Shown: piece by piece, positions 19,620 to 30,166 of the stretch
Layout: every line of letters starts with the position of its first letter
Numbering within the stretch: position 1 is the stretch's first letter
Virus record (IMG/VR): IMGVR_UViG_3300037297_000135
Location: 1 to 64,000 of that record
Length of the DNA stretch: 64,000 nucleotides
Source of the DNA: a virus
Strand: one strand, 5' to 3'
Notes under the pieces: generated by a model
What the model was told of the DNA's origin: nothing
Seen by the model: the letters and a program-made list of their open reading frames with translations, nothing else
Database searches by the model: none
Program-made: the position numbers and the translations under genes

Positions 19620-21038
19620 ATGGCGAAAGAAATTTTATTAGGTCAAGTTGTTGAAATAAATTCTGATGAATCAAATGATATTTTTATGTCATTGCATATT
19701 AGGCTTTTAACAAATAAAAAAAATTTAAACAATGCAAGATTTACAGATGGTTTTATTAATAGTGTAATTGAAAATAGGGATTTTTATAATTGTATGCCTT
19801 TAGTATGTGAAAGAAAAAAAATTGAATACAAACAATATGAAATGTTAGGACATGCAAAAAATGAAGATGGTACTTTTGAAACAGACCAAATAGGAAGTTT
19901 TACATCATTTTATTCAAAATATAATAAAGAAAAAAAAAGAAATGAATTATTTGGTGTAGCAAAAGTATTTAAAAGATTCCCTAAAATATGTGAAGGAATA
20001 CAAGAGCTTTATGAACAAGATAAGCTCTTTTTTAGTGTTGAAGTTTATGTTGCCGAATATTTAGAAAGCAATAAAAATGAGAGAGTTATAGATGCTCACG
20101 AAGGAAACAAATTAATCGGTGATTGTATTGTTTCATATCCTGCCGAAAAAACTTCGGTTGCTGAAATTTTAATTGCTGAGGATAAGGAAGGTGAAAATAT
20201 GGCTGATAATAAAAAGACTGAAAAAGATTTTTTCGAAAAAACTGTAATGATTGAATCTTCTGAATTAGATTTAAGTCAGATTCAGAGTAAAGTTTATTCA
20301 AAATGCAGAGAAAAAATGGGTTCAGATGTTTATGATTATTACTGTTCAGAATTTGGGTATAATTACATAATTTTAAGAAGTTATGAAACTTCTAATTTAC
20401 ATAAGATAGATTATTCAGTAAATAATGATGAAGTTGATATAAGTGAAATGTATGAAGTTAAAAAGACGTATGTTTTAGCTGAAGCAGAAAATATGAAAGA
20501 TGGTGAAAAAACTGCTGAAATTTCTGAAAATAATACTAATAAGAATGAAGATACCATAAAAGATTTGAATAGTAAAATTAAAGCTTTAGAAAAAAGCAAT
20601 AGTGAAAACGAATCAAAAATTGTTGAATTAAATAATTCAATCGAATCTAAAGATAAAGAAATTCTTGAAGCAAAACAAAATATTAATTTATTAAGTGAAG
20701 AAGTTGTTTCACAAAAGAATGAAATTGCTGAACTTAATAAAAGTAAAACTAAATTAGAAAATTTGGAAAAAGAAATTGCGGAAAATAAAAAGGTTCAAAA
20801 ACAAACAGAATTAAATGAAAAATATTCTAAATTGTTATCTAAAGAAGTTATGGAATCTGATGAAGTTAAAAATGCAATTCTTGAATTAAATTCAAATTAT
20901 TTAAAAGATTTAGTTATAAATAGTGCTTTAGAAAAAGCTAATAAAGAGAAAGAAAAAGAAGTTATAACTGCTTCTATTAATGACCCAATTGATTTAAATG
21001 GTGGGGATTTTGTAAGTAAGTATATAACTCGTAATTAG
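19620..21038 (+). CDS. Head maturation protease / scaffold protein
   Basis: N-terminal globular domain (LFFSVE) plus C-terminal coiled coil; lies between portal and capsid genes. Confidence 0.6.
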   Translation: MAKEILLGQVVEINSDESNDIFMSLHIRLLTNKKNLNNARFTDGFINSVIENRDFYNCMPLVCERKKIEYKQYEMLGHAKNEDGTFETDQIGSFTSFYSKYNKEKKRNELFGVAKVFKRFPKICEGIQELYEQDKLFFSVEVYVAEYLESNKNERVIDAHEGNKLIGDCIVSYPAEKTSVAEILIAEDKEGENMADNKKTEKDFFEKTVMIESSELDLSQIQSKVYSKCREKMGSDVYDYYCSEFGYNYIILRSYETSNLHKIDYSVNNDEVDISEMYEVKKTYVLAEAENMKDGEKTAEISENNTNKNEDTIKDLNSKIKALEKSNSENESKIVELNNSIESKDKEILEAKQNINLLSEEVVSQKNEIAELNKSKTKLENLEKEIAENKKVQKQTELNEKYSKLLSKEVMESDEVKNAILELNSNYLKDLVINSALEKANKEKEKEVITASINDPIDLNGGDFVSKYITRN

Positions 21039-21050
21039 GGAGGGATATAG

Positions 21051-21488
21051 ATGGCAGGTTTTGTAAAAGTTGGAAATAATAAATATTTAGGTACAATCAC
21101 TCTTGAAACTGGTCATGCTGATGTACATAATGGTGATTTTCTTGAAATAAATTGGGCTGCTGGAACTGCTGCTACACCAGGCAGTAATACAGTTATAAGT
21201 TATTTTGTTGAAAATATAATTGATACTGTTGATGAAGACCAAATAGATGATTTAGATTTTGTGATTAGTGCTGGTGAATATTTAAGATTAAAAAGATTGT
21301 TACCTGGTGAAATGTTCGTTACTACTAGATATAGTGGAACTGCGCCAAGTGCTGGTGATGAAGTTGATATTGGTACAACAGGTAAAATTACAGCAACAAG
21401 TGGTAGTCCTTCTCAGAAGTTTGTTGTTAAGGAAGTTGTCTCATTATGGGGTACTACTGCATATGTATGCTATGTTTTAGATGAATAA
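21051..21488 (+). CDS. Capsid cement/decoration protein
   Basis: Small G/T-rich beta protein immediately before the major capsid gene. Confidence 0.55.
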   Translation: MAGFVKVGNNKYLGTITLETGHADVHNGDFLEINWAAGTAATPGSNTVISYFVENIIDTVDEDQIDDLDFVISAGEYLRLKRLLPGEMFVTTRYSGTAPSAGDEVDIGTTGKITATSGSPSQKFVVKEVVSLWGTTAYVCYVLDE

Positions 21489-21509
21489 ATGAGAAGGGGG
21501 GAGTAACAA

Positions 21510-22523
21510 ATGGCTAAAAGAACAGATAAGGCCGTAGAAATATTTAGTAATTTACATTTAGGTAAAATAGATGAAAAGTCAATTGAGGTGCAAGAAGCTA
21601 GAAAAGCTATTCAAACATTAGCTCAAAATCCTACACCTGCAAATAGATATGAAATTGCTCAGTTAATGGGTTTTATAGTTAATGATATTATAAACCAAAA
21701 AACTCAATATTTACAAATGTTAGCTGATACAAAAAATGTAAGTATTGGAGAAAAAGCATATTTCAAAATTAAGAAATCAGGGGTACAAGCTTATATTCAA
21801 GCTAAAAATGGTACAACTGAAAGGTCAAGAATTTATAATGCATATACTAGTATTGAAACAAAAGAAGTTTCAGCTAGACCATATGTTAATTTGTATGAAT
21901 TGGCTGCTGGTAAAGTTAATTTTGATGAACTTATAAATGATGCTGCTGATGAAATGGAAAAGAAAATGGTTCAAAATATAGAAGCTACTTTATATGCTTC
22001 TTTTGCAGCTTATAATTATCCATTTTATGCTAGTGGTTCTGGTTTTGTTGCTGCTACTGTTGACCCAATGATTAGAGCATTTAGACGTTGGGGAAATGTA
22101 ACATTGCTTGGCGACCCTGTATTGCTTCAAAAAATTGCTGATAGTACAGGTTTTACAACAACTACAAGCACTAAACAATTTGCTGATAGCATTATAATTG
22201 AACAAAATCAAAATGGATTTATTGGTACATATAAAGGTTCAAATGTTATTCAAATGAATAATCCTTTTGAAAGAGGAACATTGCCTTCAACTGTATCTGG
22301 TTCAGATGTTGATGGTCAAGTATTAATGATTGAATTGCTTTATATAATTCCTGCTGGAACAGTTTCACCTTTAAAGGTTGTAATAGAAGGTGGAGTTGAA
22401 AGCATGGATGCTGTAAGCATAGATGACAACACAATGGATGTTTGTTTAAGACAATATTTCGGAAGTGCTGTTATATATGGAGATAATCCATATTTAGGTG
22501 TTTATGAAGATACTGCTCTTTAA
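21510..22523 (+). CDS. Major capsid protein
   Basis: 337 aa, synteny, low-Lys high-expression composition, followed by a terminator. Confidence 0.75.
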   Translation: MAKRTDKAVEIFSNLHLGKIDEKSIEVQEARKAIQTLAQNPTPANRYEIAQLMGFIVNDIINQKTQYLQMLADTKNVSIGEKAYFKIKKSGVQAYIQAKNGTTERSRIYNAYTSIETKEVSARPYVNLYELAAGKVNFDELINDAADEMEKKMVQNIEATLYASFAAYNYPFYASGSGFVAATVDPMIRAFRRWGNVTLLGDPVLLQKIADSTGFTTTTSTKQFADSIIIEQNQNGFIGTYKGSNVIQMNNPFERGTLPSTVSGSDVDGQVLMIELLYIIPAGTVSPLKVVIEGGVESMDAVSIDDNTMDVCLRQYFGSAVIYGDNPYLGVYEDTAL

Positions 22524-22540
22524 AATTTAAATATACTTTG

Positions 22541-22569
22541 TCTGAGGATATTTTTTTTATATCCTCAGA
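22541..22569 (+). terminator. Hairpin after the capsid gene
   Basis: TCTGAGGATA/TATCCTCAGA stem with a T tract downstream. Confidence 0.6.
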
Positions 22570-22601
22570 TGTAATTTTTTATCAATGGAGGGAAATTAAG
22601 G

Positions 22602-23030
22602 ATGGATGAAAAATATAAAGTTGAAAACAGAAATAATTTTGCAGTAGGTATAACATTACAAAACCCTTATAGAGAACAGAATATAATGCCTATGAGTTTT
22701 GCAAAATTAAGTAAAGATGAAATTGCATATGTTGATTCTATATCAACATTGTTTAAAAGAGGTATGTTGTTTGTTGATGATGAAGAAATAAATGAAATGC
22801 TTGGATATAATGAAGTTAATAAAAATATTATATCTGAAGATGAAATAAAAACTTTGTTAAAGGGTAATATTTCAAATATGAAAAAAAGATTTAATCAACT
22901 TGATGAAATACATGCAAAAAATAAAGTGATTAAAGTTTTAAAAGAAATTGGTGCAGATTTAACAATGAAAAAAGTAAAATGGTTAAAAGATTTTTTTGGA
23001 AAAGAAATTTTTATAGATGAAATAGGTTAG
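22602..23030 (+). CDS. Phage head-associated protein
   Basis: Synteny in the structural module. Confidence 0.5.
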   Translation: MDEKYKVENRNNFAVGITLQNPYREQNIMPMSFAKLSKDEIAYVDSISTLFKRGMLFVDDEEINEMLGYNEVNKNIISEDEIKTLLKGNISNMKKRFNQLDEIHAKNKVIKVLKEIGADLTMKKVKWLKDFFGKEIFIDEIG

Positions 23031-23043
23031 GAGGTGGGCGTTC

Positions 23044-23502
23044 ATGTCTACTTCAATAGAATCAATTTCAACTCAATTACAAACCAACACAGCAAATCAA
23101 AGAACACCTACCGCATTAACTAGTGCTCAATATCTTGATATGGCTATTCAAGGTACAAAACAACTTTATATTGATATTGGTGATGAAGATAGTTGGAATA
23201 GCGAATTTGATAATGTGAGTACAATTACTAGAACTTTAAATATATTAGAATTTAAATATTGTGTATTAGCTTCTGAAATTATATTTTATGAATGGTTGAT
23301 TTGTGATTGGAATGATTTGGTAAGTTATACTACGAATGCTTTAACAGTTGCAAATGCAAATAAGCCATATGAAAATTTTGAAAAAATTATCGAAAAAAAA
23401 CAAAATCAATTAGTTAATTTATTCTACAAAATGACAGAATATACATCTATGGATGATATAGGTTCTATAGATGTAGAAAAAATAGAGTATGATTATGATT
23501 AA
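23044..23502 (+). CDS. Putative head-tail adaptor
   Basis: Synteny; alpha-helical. Confidence 0.45.
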   Translation: MSTSIESISTQLQTNTANQRTPTALTSAQYLDMAIQGTKQLYIDIGDEDSWNSEFDNVSTITRTLNILEFKYCVLASEIIFYEWLICDWNDLVSYTTNALTVANANKPYENFEKIIEKKQNQLVNLFYKMTEYTSMDDIGSIDVEKIEYDYD

Positions 23503-23531
23503 ACGATTTAGGCGGAAGGCCGAATTTAGAC

Positions 23532-23756
23532 ATGAAAGTTAAAGTTGAATATAAAAATAAAAAGTTAGATATTGTAAATGTTAATGAATATGATTTTGTA
23601 GAATATTGTAATTTAATGAGCAAAAGGGTTTTAGGTATTTTGTATAAATATGATAATTTGAAAAAAAATGAAATATCTTATGAAGATTTTAAAAAATATA
23701 TATTTAATGTTGCTGGAAATATAAAAAGAATTCCAGATAATATAAAGGGGGAATAG
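23532..23756 (+). CDS. Hypothetical protein
   Basis: ORF in the structural operon. Confidence 0.55.
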   Translation: MKVKVEYKNKKLDIVNVNEYDFVEYCNLMSKRVLGILYKYDNLKKNEISYEDFKKYIFNVAGNIKRIPDNIKGE

Positions 23757-23758
23757 AT

Positions 23759-24418
23759 ATGTATTTCTATAAACCCGATTATTTGCAAAATGATTTTGAT
23801 ACTTTACTTGAAACATTAGGAGAAGTTTATACATTAAATTATGATGAAGCAACTCCAACAACTTTTTATGGATTAGTTACTCAAATGCCTGTTAGAGGTA
23901 ATTTTAGAGATGTTGATGAAAAGAAAGAATTAGCTGTTTCATTAGATTTAGATATAAATAAAGGTGATTACATGACAGATAGCGATTCTATTGTATACAT
24001 ATGCAATTCAACTGTTTATGTAGATGTGAATTGTAAAACTACTCAAATTCAAATTTGCAATTATAATTTTACATTTGAAAGATGGCAAAACAAAAAAATT
24101 GATTCTGATGGTGTAACAGCAACACCAGCAAGTTATGTAGAAATAGCTAATGTTTATGGATATATTTCGAGAACAAATCAAGGAACATTTGATTCAAAGG
24201 AAGGGCAAGTTGGTATTTCTGGAACTCAAAGAATATTTGTTGGTTTAAAATATAATGATGATACAGCAAATATAAATATACATGATGAATTTGATTATTT
24301 TAATCAAAGGTATGAGGTTGTTGATTTGGATTATACTCAGATGAATAGTGACATGGTTAGTGGTTTAATATTTATATATGCTCAAATTAAAAGTGGTGGA
24401 GAAAATGAAAGTTCGTAA
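23759..24418 (+). CDS. Putative head closure protein
   Basis: Beta-rich; synteny. Confidence 0.5.
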   Translation: MYFYKPDYLQNDFDTLLETLGEVYTLNYDEATPTTFYGLVTQMPVRGNFRDVDEKKELAVSLDLDINKGDYMTDSDSIVYICNSTVYVDVNCKTTQIQICNYNFTFERWQNKKIDSDGVTATPASYVEIANVYGYISRTNQGTFDSKEGQVGISGTQRIFVGLKYNDDTANINIHDEFDYFNQRYEVVDLDYTQMNSDMVSGLIFIYAQIKSGGENESS

Positions 24419-24977
24419 TAGTTTTGTAACTGTATTTATAAAAAAACTTTCAATTGAACTTACAAAACTTTCATCTGAAATATCTAATACAATGAAAGAA
24501 GAAATACAAAAACTTCCTGATTCTGGTTCATACGATAGTGTTGGTGCTACTGAATGGCGTAAAGATGTAATGAATAATATAAATTTTGCAATTGTTGATG
24601 AAACAATGACTTTGGTTCGTGAAATTGGTTTAGTTGGTGTTGATGCATTAACTATAAATAGAGGACTTTTAATAAATTATGGTATGGGTGAAACTTTAGA
24701 TGTTTCGAATCAATATTTACAAGAATATATGGCAACAAAAATGTATGATAGTAAAAGACAAGGATTTAAGGTTTATACTAGACCAGATGAATATGTTTAT
24801 GATTATGAAACTGGAACATATTATAAAAGCACTGCTGATACAAGACAAGAGATTCCATATTTTCATCAAAATCCAGCACATTTTTTTGAAAATGGAATAA
24901 TTGAGCTCAGACAAAGATTAGAGTTAGTGATTGATAATGTGATAAATCAAATAGATATATCTAGTTTCGTTTTATAG
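24405..24977 (+). CDS. Putative neck/tail completion protein
   Basis: Synteny; RBS GGTGGAG before ATG 24405. Confidence 0.45.
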   Translation: MKVRNSFVTVFIKKLSIELTKLSSEISNTMKEEIQKLPDSGSYDSVGATEWRKDVMNNINFAIVDETMTLVREIGLVGVDALTINRGLLINYGMGETLDVSNQYLQEYMATKMYDSKRQGFKVYTRPDEYVYDYETGTYYKSTADTRQEIPYFHQNPAHFFENGIIELRQRLELVIDNVINQIDISSFVL

Positions 24978-24989
24978 GGGTGTGGTAAT

Positions 24990-25439
24990 ATGGACAATGC
25001 CACTGATATGAGTTTAATTTTCAAATCTTTGATACAAGATTCAACATTAAAAACATTAATGAATATAGATTCAAGTTTGCATAATGATTATAGTACATTA
25101 ATTGATAATTATTTTTTACAAACATATATTTCTGATAAATTCACAAATACCCCAATTTGTAGATTATTAATTAGATTTGGTACTCCTATGGCTACCAATA
25201 ATTATTATGTAAATTGGAATTATGTTCGTGTTGAATCATATGTACCAGTATGTATTGATATTATGGAGAATTTTGAATCAAGAACATTGAAAATTTCAGA
25301 TAGAATAGGAGAAGTTTTGAGTACAAGTTCAATAAATGATAGAAATTTAAGGATTTTTCAACCTTATGAATTAATATCATCAAGTAATTGGTTTAAACGT
25401 TTTGTAACAGTATTGGAATATAAAAAAGTATACTGTTGA
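24990..25439 (+). CDS. Putative tail terminator
   Basis: Immediately before the tail tube gene. Confidence 0.45.
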   Translation: MDNATDMSLIFKSLIQDSTLKTLMNIDSSLHNDYSTLIDNYFLQTYISDKFTNTPICRLLIRFGTPMATNNYYVNWNYVRVESYVPVCIDIMENFESRTLKISDRIGEVLSTSSINDRNLRIFQPYELISSSNWFKRFVTVLEYKKVYC

Positions 25440-25467
25440 TTTTTTTTGTTTAAGGGGGGAGTAATAT

Positions 25468-26238
25468 ATGGCTTTTAATGGAAAAGGTTTTATTATAGAT
25501 GTTCCAAAAGTATTATTACAAACATCAAATGGTAATTCTCATTTAGCTACTGCTGCTCAAGGTACAGTAACATTGGGTGGTGAAGATGTTGAAATTATGG
25601 GAGGTTGGAGTTTTTACAATCTTGCAAGAATAGATACAAAGAAAACAATAACCATTAGTTTGACTGATACACAATGGGATTTAGATGCTTTATGGTTAAA
25701 ATCTGGTGGTGCCAAAACTACTGCTGCAAGTAATTATTATTATTTTGGAACTCCATATACTGTAGATGCTTCAGCATATACAATTACATTACCACATGCT
25801 GCTGTTGCTAATTCTGTTGAGATAAATGATTTTACAGAAGAAACAGATTGTGCTACACCTGCTGCTAATACATTTGTAGTAAGCATTGGAGCAAGTACAA
25901 CTACTGTAACATTTGATTCTTCACAAGCAGGACAAGTATTATATCCACATTATTATGTTGCAACTGCAAGTACAACTAATATACTAACAGTACAGACAAC
26001 AGATTTCGCATTGTCAGGCTCAGCAATCATACAATTCCCATTGTACAGTGATGCTGATGCTGATGATTCAACAATAATTGCATATGTACAGTTAGAAATA
26101 TATAAGGTAAAAATAATGCCTTCGGATGAATTTTCAGGTCAATATAAACAAGCATCACAATTTAAATTAGACCTTGAAGGTTTAGACCCAAGACGTGATG
26201 ACGGAAATATGTATCAATTAATTGTATATGAAGTATAA
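25468..26238 (+). CDS. Major tail tube protein
   Basis: T/A/S-rich beta protein with a central Ig-like insertion; strong RBS; followed by a terminator. Confidence 0.7.
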   Translation: MAFNGKGFIIDVPKVLLQTSNGNSHLATAAQGTVTLGGEDVEIMGGWSFYNLARIDTKKTITISLTDTQWDLDALWLKSGGAKTTAASNYYYFGTPYTVDASAYTITLPHAAVANSVEINDFTEETDCATPAANTFVVSIGASTTTVTFDSSQAGQVLYPHYYVATASTTNILTVQTTDFALSGSAIIQFPLYSDADADDSTIIAYVQLEIYKVKIMPSDEFSGQYKQASQFKLDLEGLDPRRDDGNMYQLIVYEV

Positions 26239-26256
26239 ATTAAATATAGATTTTTT

Positions 26257-26300
26257 AAAAATAGTTGTATGGACTTCGGTCTGTACAGCTATTTTTTTTT
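26257..26300 (+). terminator. Rho-independent terminator
   Basis: AAAAATAGTTGTATGGAC-TTCG-GTCTGTACAGCTATTTTT followed by a T run. Confidence 0.85.
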
Positions 26301-26317
26301 AGATTGGGGTGTGATTA

Positions 26318-26812
26318 ATGACTAATTATAGGGATTCTGGATTTGCAAGCACAACAATAACAAGACCAAGCAATGTTAATATATATGTTGATAATGATGT
26401 AATTTCAACAAGTTCAGGAAGTATTTTGACATTTTCAAATATAACTAAAATACCAGGAAGTAATGTAATTATAATAAATGCAAATATTATGATTAATACA
26501 AATACTGTTCCAAGTGGTATGGATGGTTTTAGATTGCATTTTTATAATGCTTCGCCAACTGCAATTGCAGACAATTCACCTTTTAATATTCCTGAAGCTG
26601 ATAGAAGCAAATATTTAGGATTTGCAACAATAGATACTCCTGTTGATTTTGGTGATACAGTTTATATTCAAAAAGTAAATATAAATAAAATGATTAAACT
26701 TGTAAATTGTCCAGATGTTTATGGCATTTTAGAAGCTGTTAATGGATTTACACCACCATCAGGAAGTATTTTTACTATTAGTATTGGTGTTTTAGGTGCT
26801 ATAGGTGTATAA
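26318..26812 (+). CDS. Putative virion appendage protein
   Basis: TRP...DVI...FRLHFYNASPTAIADN...DRSKYLG pattern seen in phage structural proteins. Confidence 0.45.
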   Translation: MTNYRDSGFASTTITRPSNVNIYVDNDVISTSSGSILTFSNITKIPGSNVIIINANIMINTNTVPSGMDGFRLHFYNASPTAIADNSPFNIPEADRSKYLGFATIDTPVDFGDTVYIQKVNINKMIKLVNCPDVYGILEAVNGFTPPSGSIFTISIGVLGAIGV

Positions 26813-26830
26813 AGAAGGAGGTATGATATT

Positions 26831-27250
26831 ATGGCTTCATTAAATATAATGGGTTATTTACCTATAAAATTATTTAATAAAGAAGTTGATTTAGATACAG
26901 ATACAATAAAATTAATGTTGCTATCAAGTTCGGCAACTCCAAATGTTGATGTACATGTTTATATAGAAGATTTAGAAGGTGATGAAGTTTCTGGAAGTGG
27001 ATATTCTGCTGGTGGTGAAACAGTTTCAAATATATCTATTTCATATATATCAGGTTCAAATACATGTAAATTTGATGCTGATGATGTGGTTTTTAGTGCT
27101 GTTACTATATCAACAAGATATGGTGTTTTATATGATGAAGATTCAAGTGTAATTATTGCATATTTAGATTTTGATTCAGAACAATCGCCAAGTGCAAGCG
27201 ATTTTACAGTAAGTTTTAATGCTGATGGAATGTTTACAGCAGTAGTATAG
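26831..27250 (+). CDS. Putative fibre connector protein
   Basis: VDLDTDTIKLMLL...EVSGSGYSAGG...FDADDV, a common phage structural family. Confidence 0.55.
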   Translation: MASLNIMGYLPIKLFNKEVDLDTDTIKLMLLSSSATPNVDVHVYIEDLEGDEVSGSGYSAGGETVSNISISYISGSNTCKFDADDVVFSAVTISTRYGVLYDEDSSVIIAYLDFDSEQSPSASDFTVSFNADGMFTAVV

Positions 27251-27263
27251 GAGGTGTTTGCAT

Positions 27264-29126
27264 ATGGCTGTAAGTGGAGATTGGACTTATACTGAGAGCG
27301 AAGGTAATGCCACTATTACAGATTATAGTGGTTCTGCAACACCTACTATACCAACGAGTTTGGATGGATATCCAGTTATTGGCATTGGTGCAAATGCATT
27401 AAAAAGTAAAAGTTTAATAAGTGTAACAATTGAACATGCAATAAATTTAGATGATGAATGTTTTGCAAATAATTCAGGTTTAACGGTAACACTTGATGCT
27501 GATGTAACAACATCTGTTACATCATCGGTTGCACCATTTGAAGGCTGTTCAATTGGTTCAAATTTAATAATTACAGAAAATGTTACAACAATTCCAGATT
27601 TGTTGTTTTTTGGTTGTGGGTTAACTGCCGTAACATTACCAAATAGTTTGACAGCAATTGGAAATAGTTCGTTTGATTTAAATTCATTAACATCGTTGAC
27701 GTTACCAAGTTCATTAACATCAATTGGTACATGGGCATTTTCATCAAATTCACTTTCATCTATAACACTTGACCATACTATGAATTTAGATGATGGTTGT
27801 TTTGGGTATAACGGTTCGATTACTGTAACGCTTGATGCTGATATAACAACATCTGTGTCTGCAAATAATCAACCATTTAAAAATTGTACGCTTGGTTCAA
27901 ATTTAACAATTACGGAAAATGTGACAACAATTCCAGGATTTTTATTTTATAATTGTGGATTGACAGCAGTAACATTACCAAGTTCATTAACAACTATTGA
28001 AAACAATGCATTTGATTTAAATTCATTAATATCAATAAATTTACCAAATTCATTAACATCAATTGGTGCTTGGGCATTTTCATCAAATTCACTTTCATCA
28101 ATAAATATTGACCATGTTATAAATTTGGATGATGGTTGTTTTGGATATAACGGTTCAATTAATGTAACACTTGATGCCAACATAACAACAAGTATTACAT
28201 TAACTGATAATGCACCATTTAAAGGTTGTACACTTGGTTCAAATTTAACAATTACAGAAAATGTTACTACAATTCCAGATATATTATTTTCTAATTGTGG
28301 GTTAACTGCTGTAACATTGCCAGATTCATTAACAACAATTGGACGTAGTTCATTTGATACAAATTCATTAACATCAATAACGTTACCAAATTCATTAACA
28401 TCAATTGGTGCTTGGGCATTTTCGTTAAATTCAATTTCGTCTATAACACTTGACCATGTTATGAATTTAGACGATGGTTGTTTTGGATATAACGGTTCGA
28501 TTACTGTAATACTTGATGCCAACATAACAACAAGTATACCAAATTATTCAAATACACCATTTTATAATTGCACAATTGGATCAGGGTTAACAATCACAGA
28601 AAATGTAACTACATTGCCAAATTATTTGTTTTGCAATTGTGGTTTAACAAGTGTTGTTGTGCCAAATACAATTACAGCATTTGGGTCAAATCAATTTTCA
28701 TATAATACTAATTTAGCAAATATATATATATATTCATTATCTTTTACTTCATCTAGTACATTAGAGAACAATATGTCTGTAGAAACACCAGGAACAATTT
28801 ATGGATATGCTGGTTCTAGTGCTCAAACTTTAGCTGATGGATATGCGACATATAATTTTTCTGCATTAATTGATATAACAGTAAATATGGATGTTGGATT
28901 GATAACTTTTTCAGGAAAAGAACCTATAATTCAAAGTCCAATAACAGTGAATATGGATGTAGGATTGATAACTTTTTCGGGTAAAGGTATAACTAAAAAT
29001 ACAACAGTAAACATGGATGCAGGATTGATAACCTTTTCAGGAAAAGATATAACAACAACAGGTGGAGAAGTTGAAATTGATTCTAATGATGGAATTGATT
29101 TGTTTTTGTTAGCAGATTTTATATAA
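27264..29126 (+). CDS. BspA-type leucine-rich repeat protein, putative virion fibre
   Basis: LTAVTLPNSLTAIGNSSF / LTSIGAWAFSSNSL repeats in four super-repeats of ~339-342 bp; three C-terminal TVNMD(V/A)GLITFSGK repeats. Confidence 0.85.
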   Translation: MAVSGDWTYTESEGNATITDYSGSATPTIPTSLDGYPVIGIGANALKSKSLISVTIEHAINLDDECFANNSGLTVTLDADVTTSVTSSVAPFEGCSIGSNLIITENVTTIPDLLFFGCGLTAVTLPNSLTAIGNSSFDLNSLTSLTLPSSLTSIGTWAFSSNSLSSITLDHTMNLDDGCFGYNGSITVTLDADITTSVSANNQPFKNCTLGSNLTITENVTTIPGFLFYNCGLTAVTLPSSLTTIENNAFDLNSLISINLPNSLTSIGAWAFSSNSLSSINIDHVINLDDGCFGYNGSINVTLDANITTSITLTDNAPFKGCTLGSNLTITENVTTIPDILFSNCGLTAVTLPDSLTTIGRSSFDTNSLTSITLPNSLTSIGAWAFSLNSISSITLDHVMNLDDGCFGYNGSITVILDANITTSIPNYSNTPFYNCTIGSGLTITENVTTLPNYLFCNCGLTSVVVPNTITAFGSNQFSYNTNLANIYIYSLSFTSSSTLENNMSVETPGTIYGYAGSSAQTLADGYATYNFSALIDITVNMDVGLITFSGKEPIIQSPITVNMDVGLITFSGKGITKNTTVNMDAGLITFSGKDITTTGGEVEIDSNDGIDLFLLADFI

Positions 29127-29205
29127 ATAAAAAATAATTTAAAAATAGAATATTTTTTGATATAATAGCATATATATAATCATATGATTATGTGTATGCT
29201 ATTTT

Positions 29206-29670
29206 TTGTTTATGGAGGTTTTGAATTGTATGTATATTGAAAAGGGGAATATGTCATGTTTTATATTGATAGCAATTGTGTGTTTGATAATATATAATGT
29301 ATTTGTATCAATATTTTTTTTGTATATAAGATATGATTTTGATAAATATAGATTTAATTCAAAAATAGAATATAATTCATTAGCAACAATTTTAATTGGT
29401 ATATTCATGTTTATACCAATAATAGGATGTTTTTTTATTTGTAATATTATAGCTTCTAAATCAACAGGAACATGTGATGTATGTGATAAAACAGTATATT
29501 TTGATGCAAAATTTTGTAAACAATGTAAAACAACATATGATATAAACGACAAACATGATTTAAGGTTAGCAAAAGAAAAATACAGATTGCTTTCAAAAGC
29601 AAGAAAACAAGCGATTGATGAACAAATAAAAGGTTTGGAAGAAATATATAAAGAAGGTGATATTTTGTGA
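29206..29670 (+). CDS. Membrane protein with zinc ribbon
   Basis: Two TM helices, then CDVC...FCKQC. Confidence 0.55.
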   Translation: MFMEVLNCMYIEKGNMSCFILIAIVCLIIYNVFVSIFFLYIRYDFDKYRFNSKIEYNSLATILIGIFMFIPIIGCFFICNIIASKSTGTCDVCDKTVYFDAKFCKQCKTTYDINDKHDLRLAKEKYRLLSKARKQAIDEQIKGLEEIYKEGDIL

Positions 29671-30068
29671 AAATATTAAATAGTTTCAATATGTATGAAG
29701 GTTCGGGTTTTTATTTAAATGAATTGACTTTAGAATTAGATGAATATTTAACTGATAAATATAAAAAATTTGATAAAGATAATAAATATTTTACTGATAA
29801 AACTTATATTATGAAACATTTAGGATTAAAAAATATTTGGGCAATTAGAAAATTTGGAGCAACAAGAGGGCACATATTAATAAATAAAAATTTTGTGATA
29901 AAGGAAATTGAAATTTCAAAAGGCAGAGGATATGCAGACGGAATAAGTAATATTTCATGTTATCAAAGTAATATTTTAAAGTGTGTTGATTTAAGTAAAT
30001 ACCTGTATTGTAAATTAAAAATAAATGAAGAAGTTTTTAATGAAAAAATTTTTAAAAAAAATAAATAA
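29667..30068 (+). CDS. Hypothetical protein
   Basis: GTGA overlap with the upstream gene. Confidence 0.55.
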   Translation: MKILNSFNMYEGSGFYLNELTLELDEYLTDKYKKFDKDNKYFTDKTYIMKHLGLKNIWAIRKFGATRGHILINKNFVIKEIEISKGRGYADGISNISCYQSNILKCVDLSKYLYCKLKINEEVFNEKIFKKNK

Positions 30069-30166
30069 AATATTATAAATATACAAGTTTTGTATTGCAT
30101 TTTTGTTAAAGTATGTTACAATATGTTTGTATTGAAACAATAATAAATATAACAGGAGGATTTAAA

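Noticed and set aside
27947-28525. 192-aa minus-strand ORF
   Set aside because: Antisense shadow of the LRR gene caused by its codon bias.
27264-29126. Diversity-generating retroelement target/template repeats
   Set aside because: Repeat differences are not adenine-specific, the repeats are in-frame domain duplications, and no reverse transcriptase is seen.
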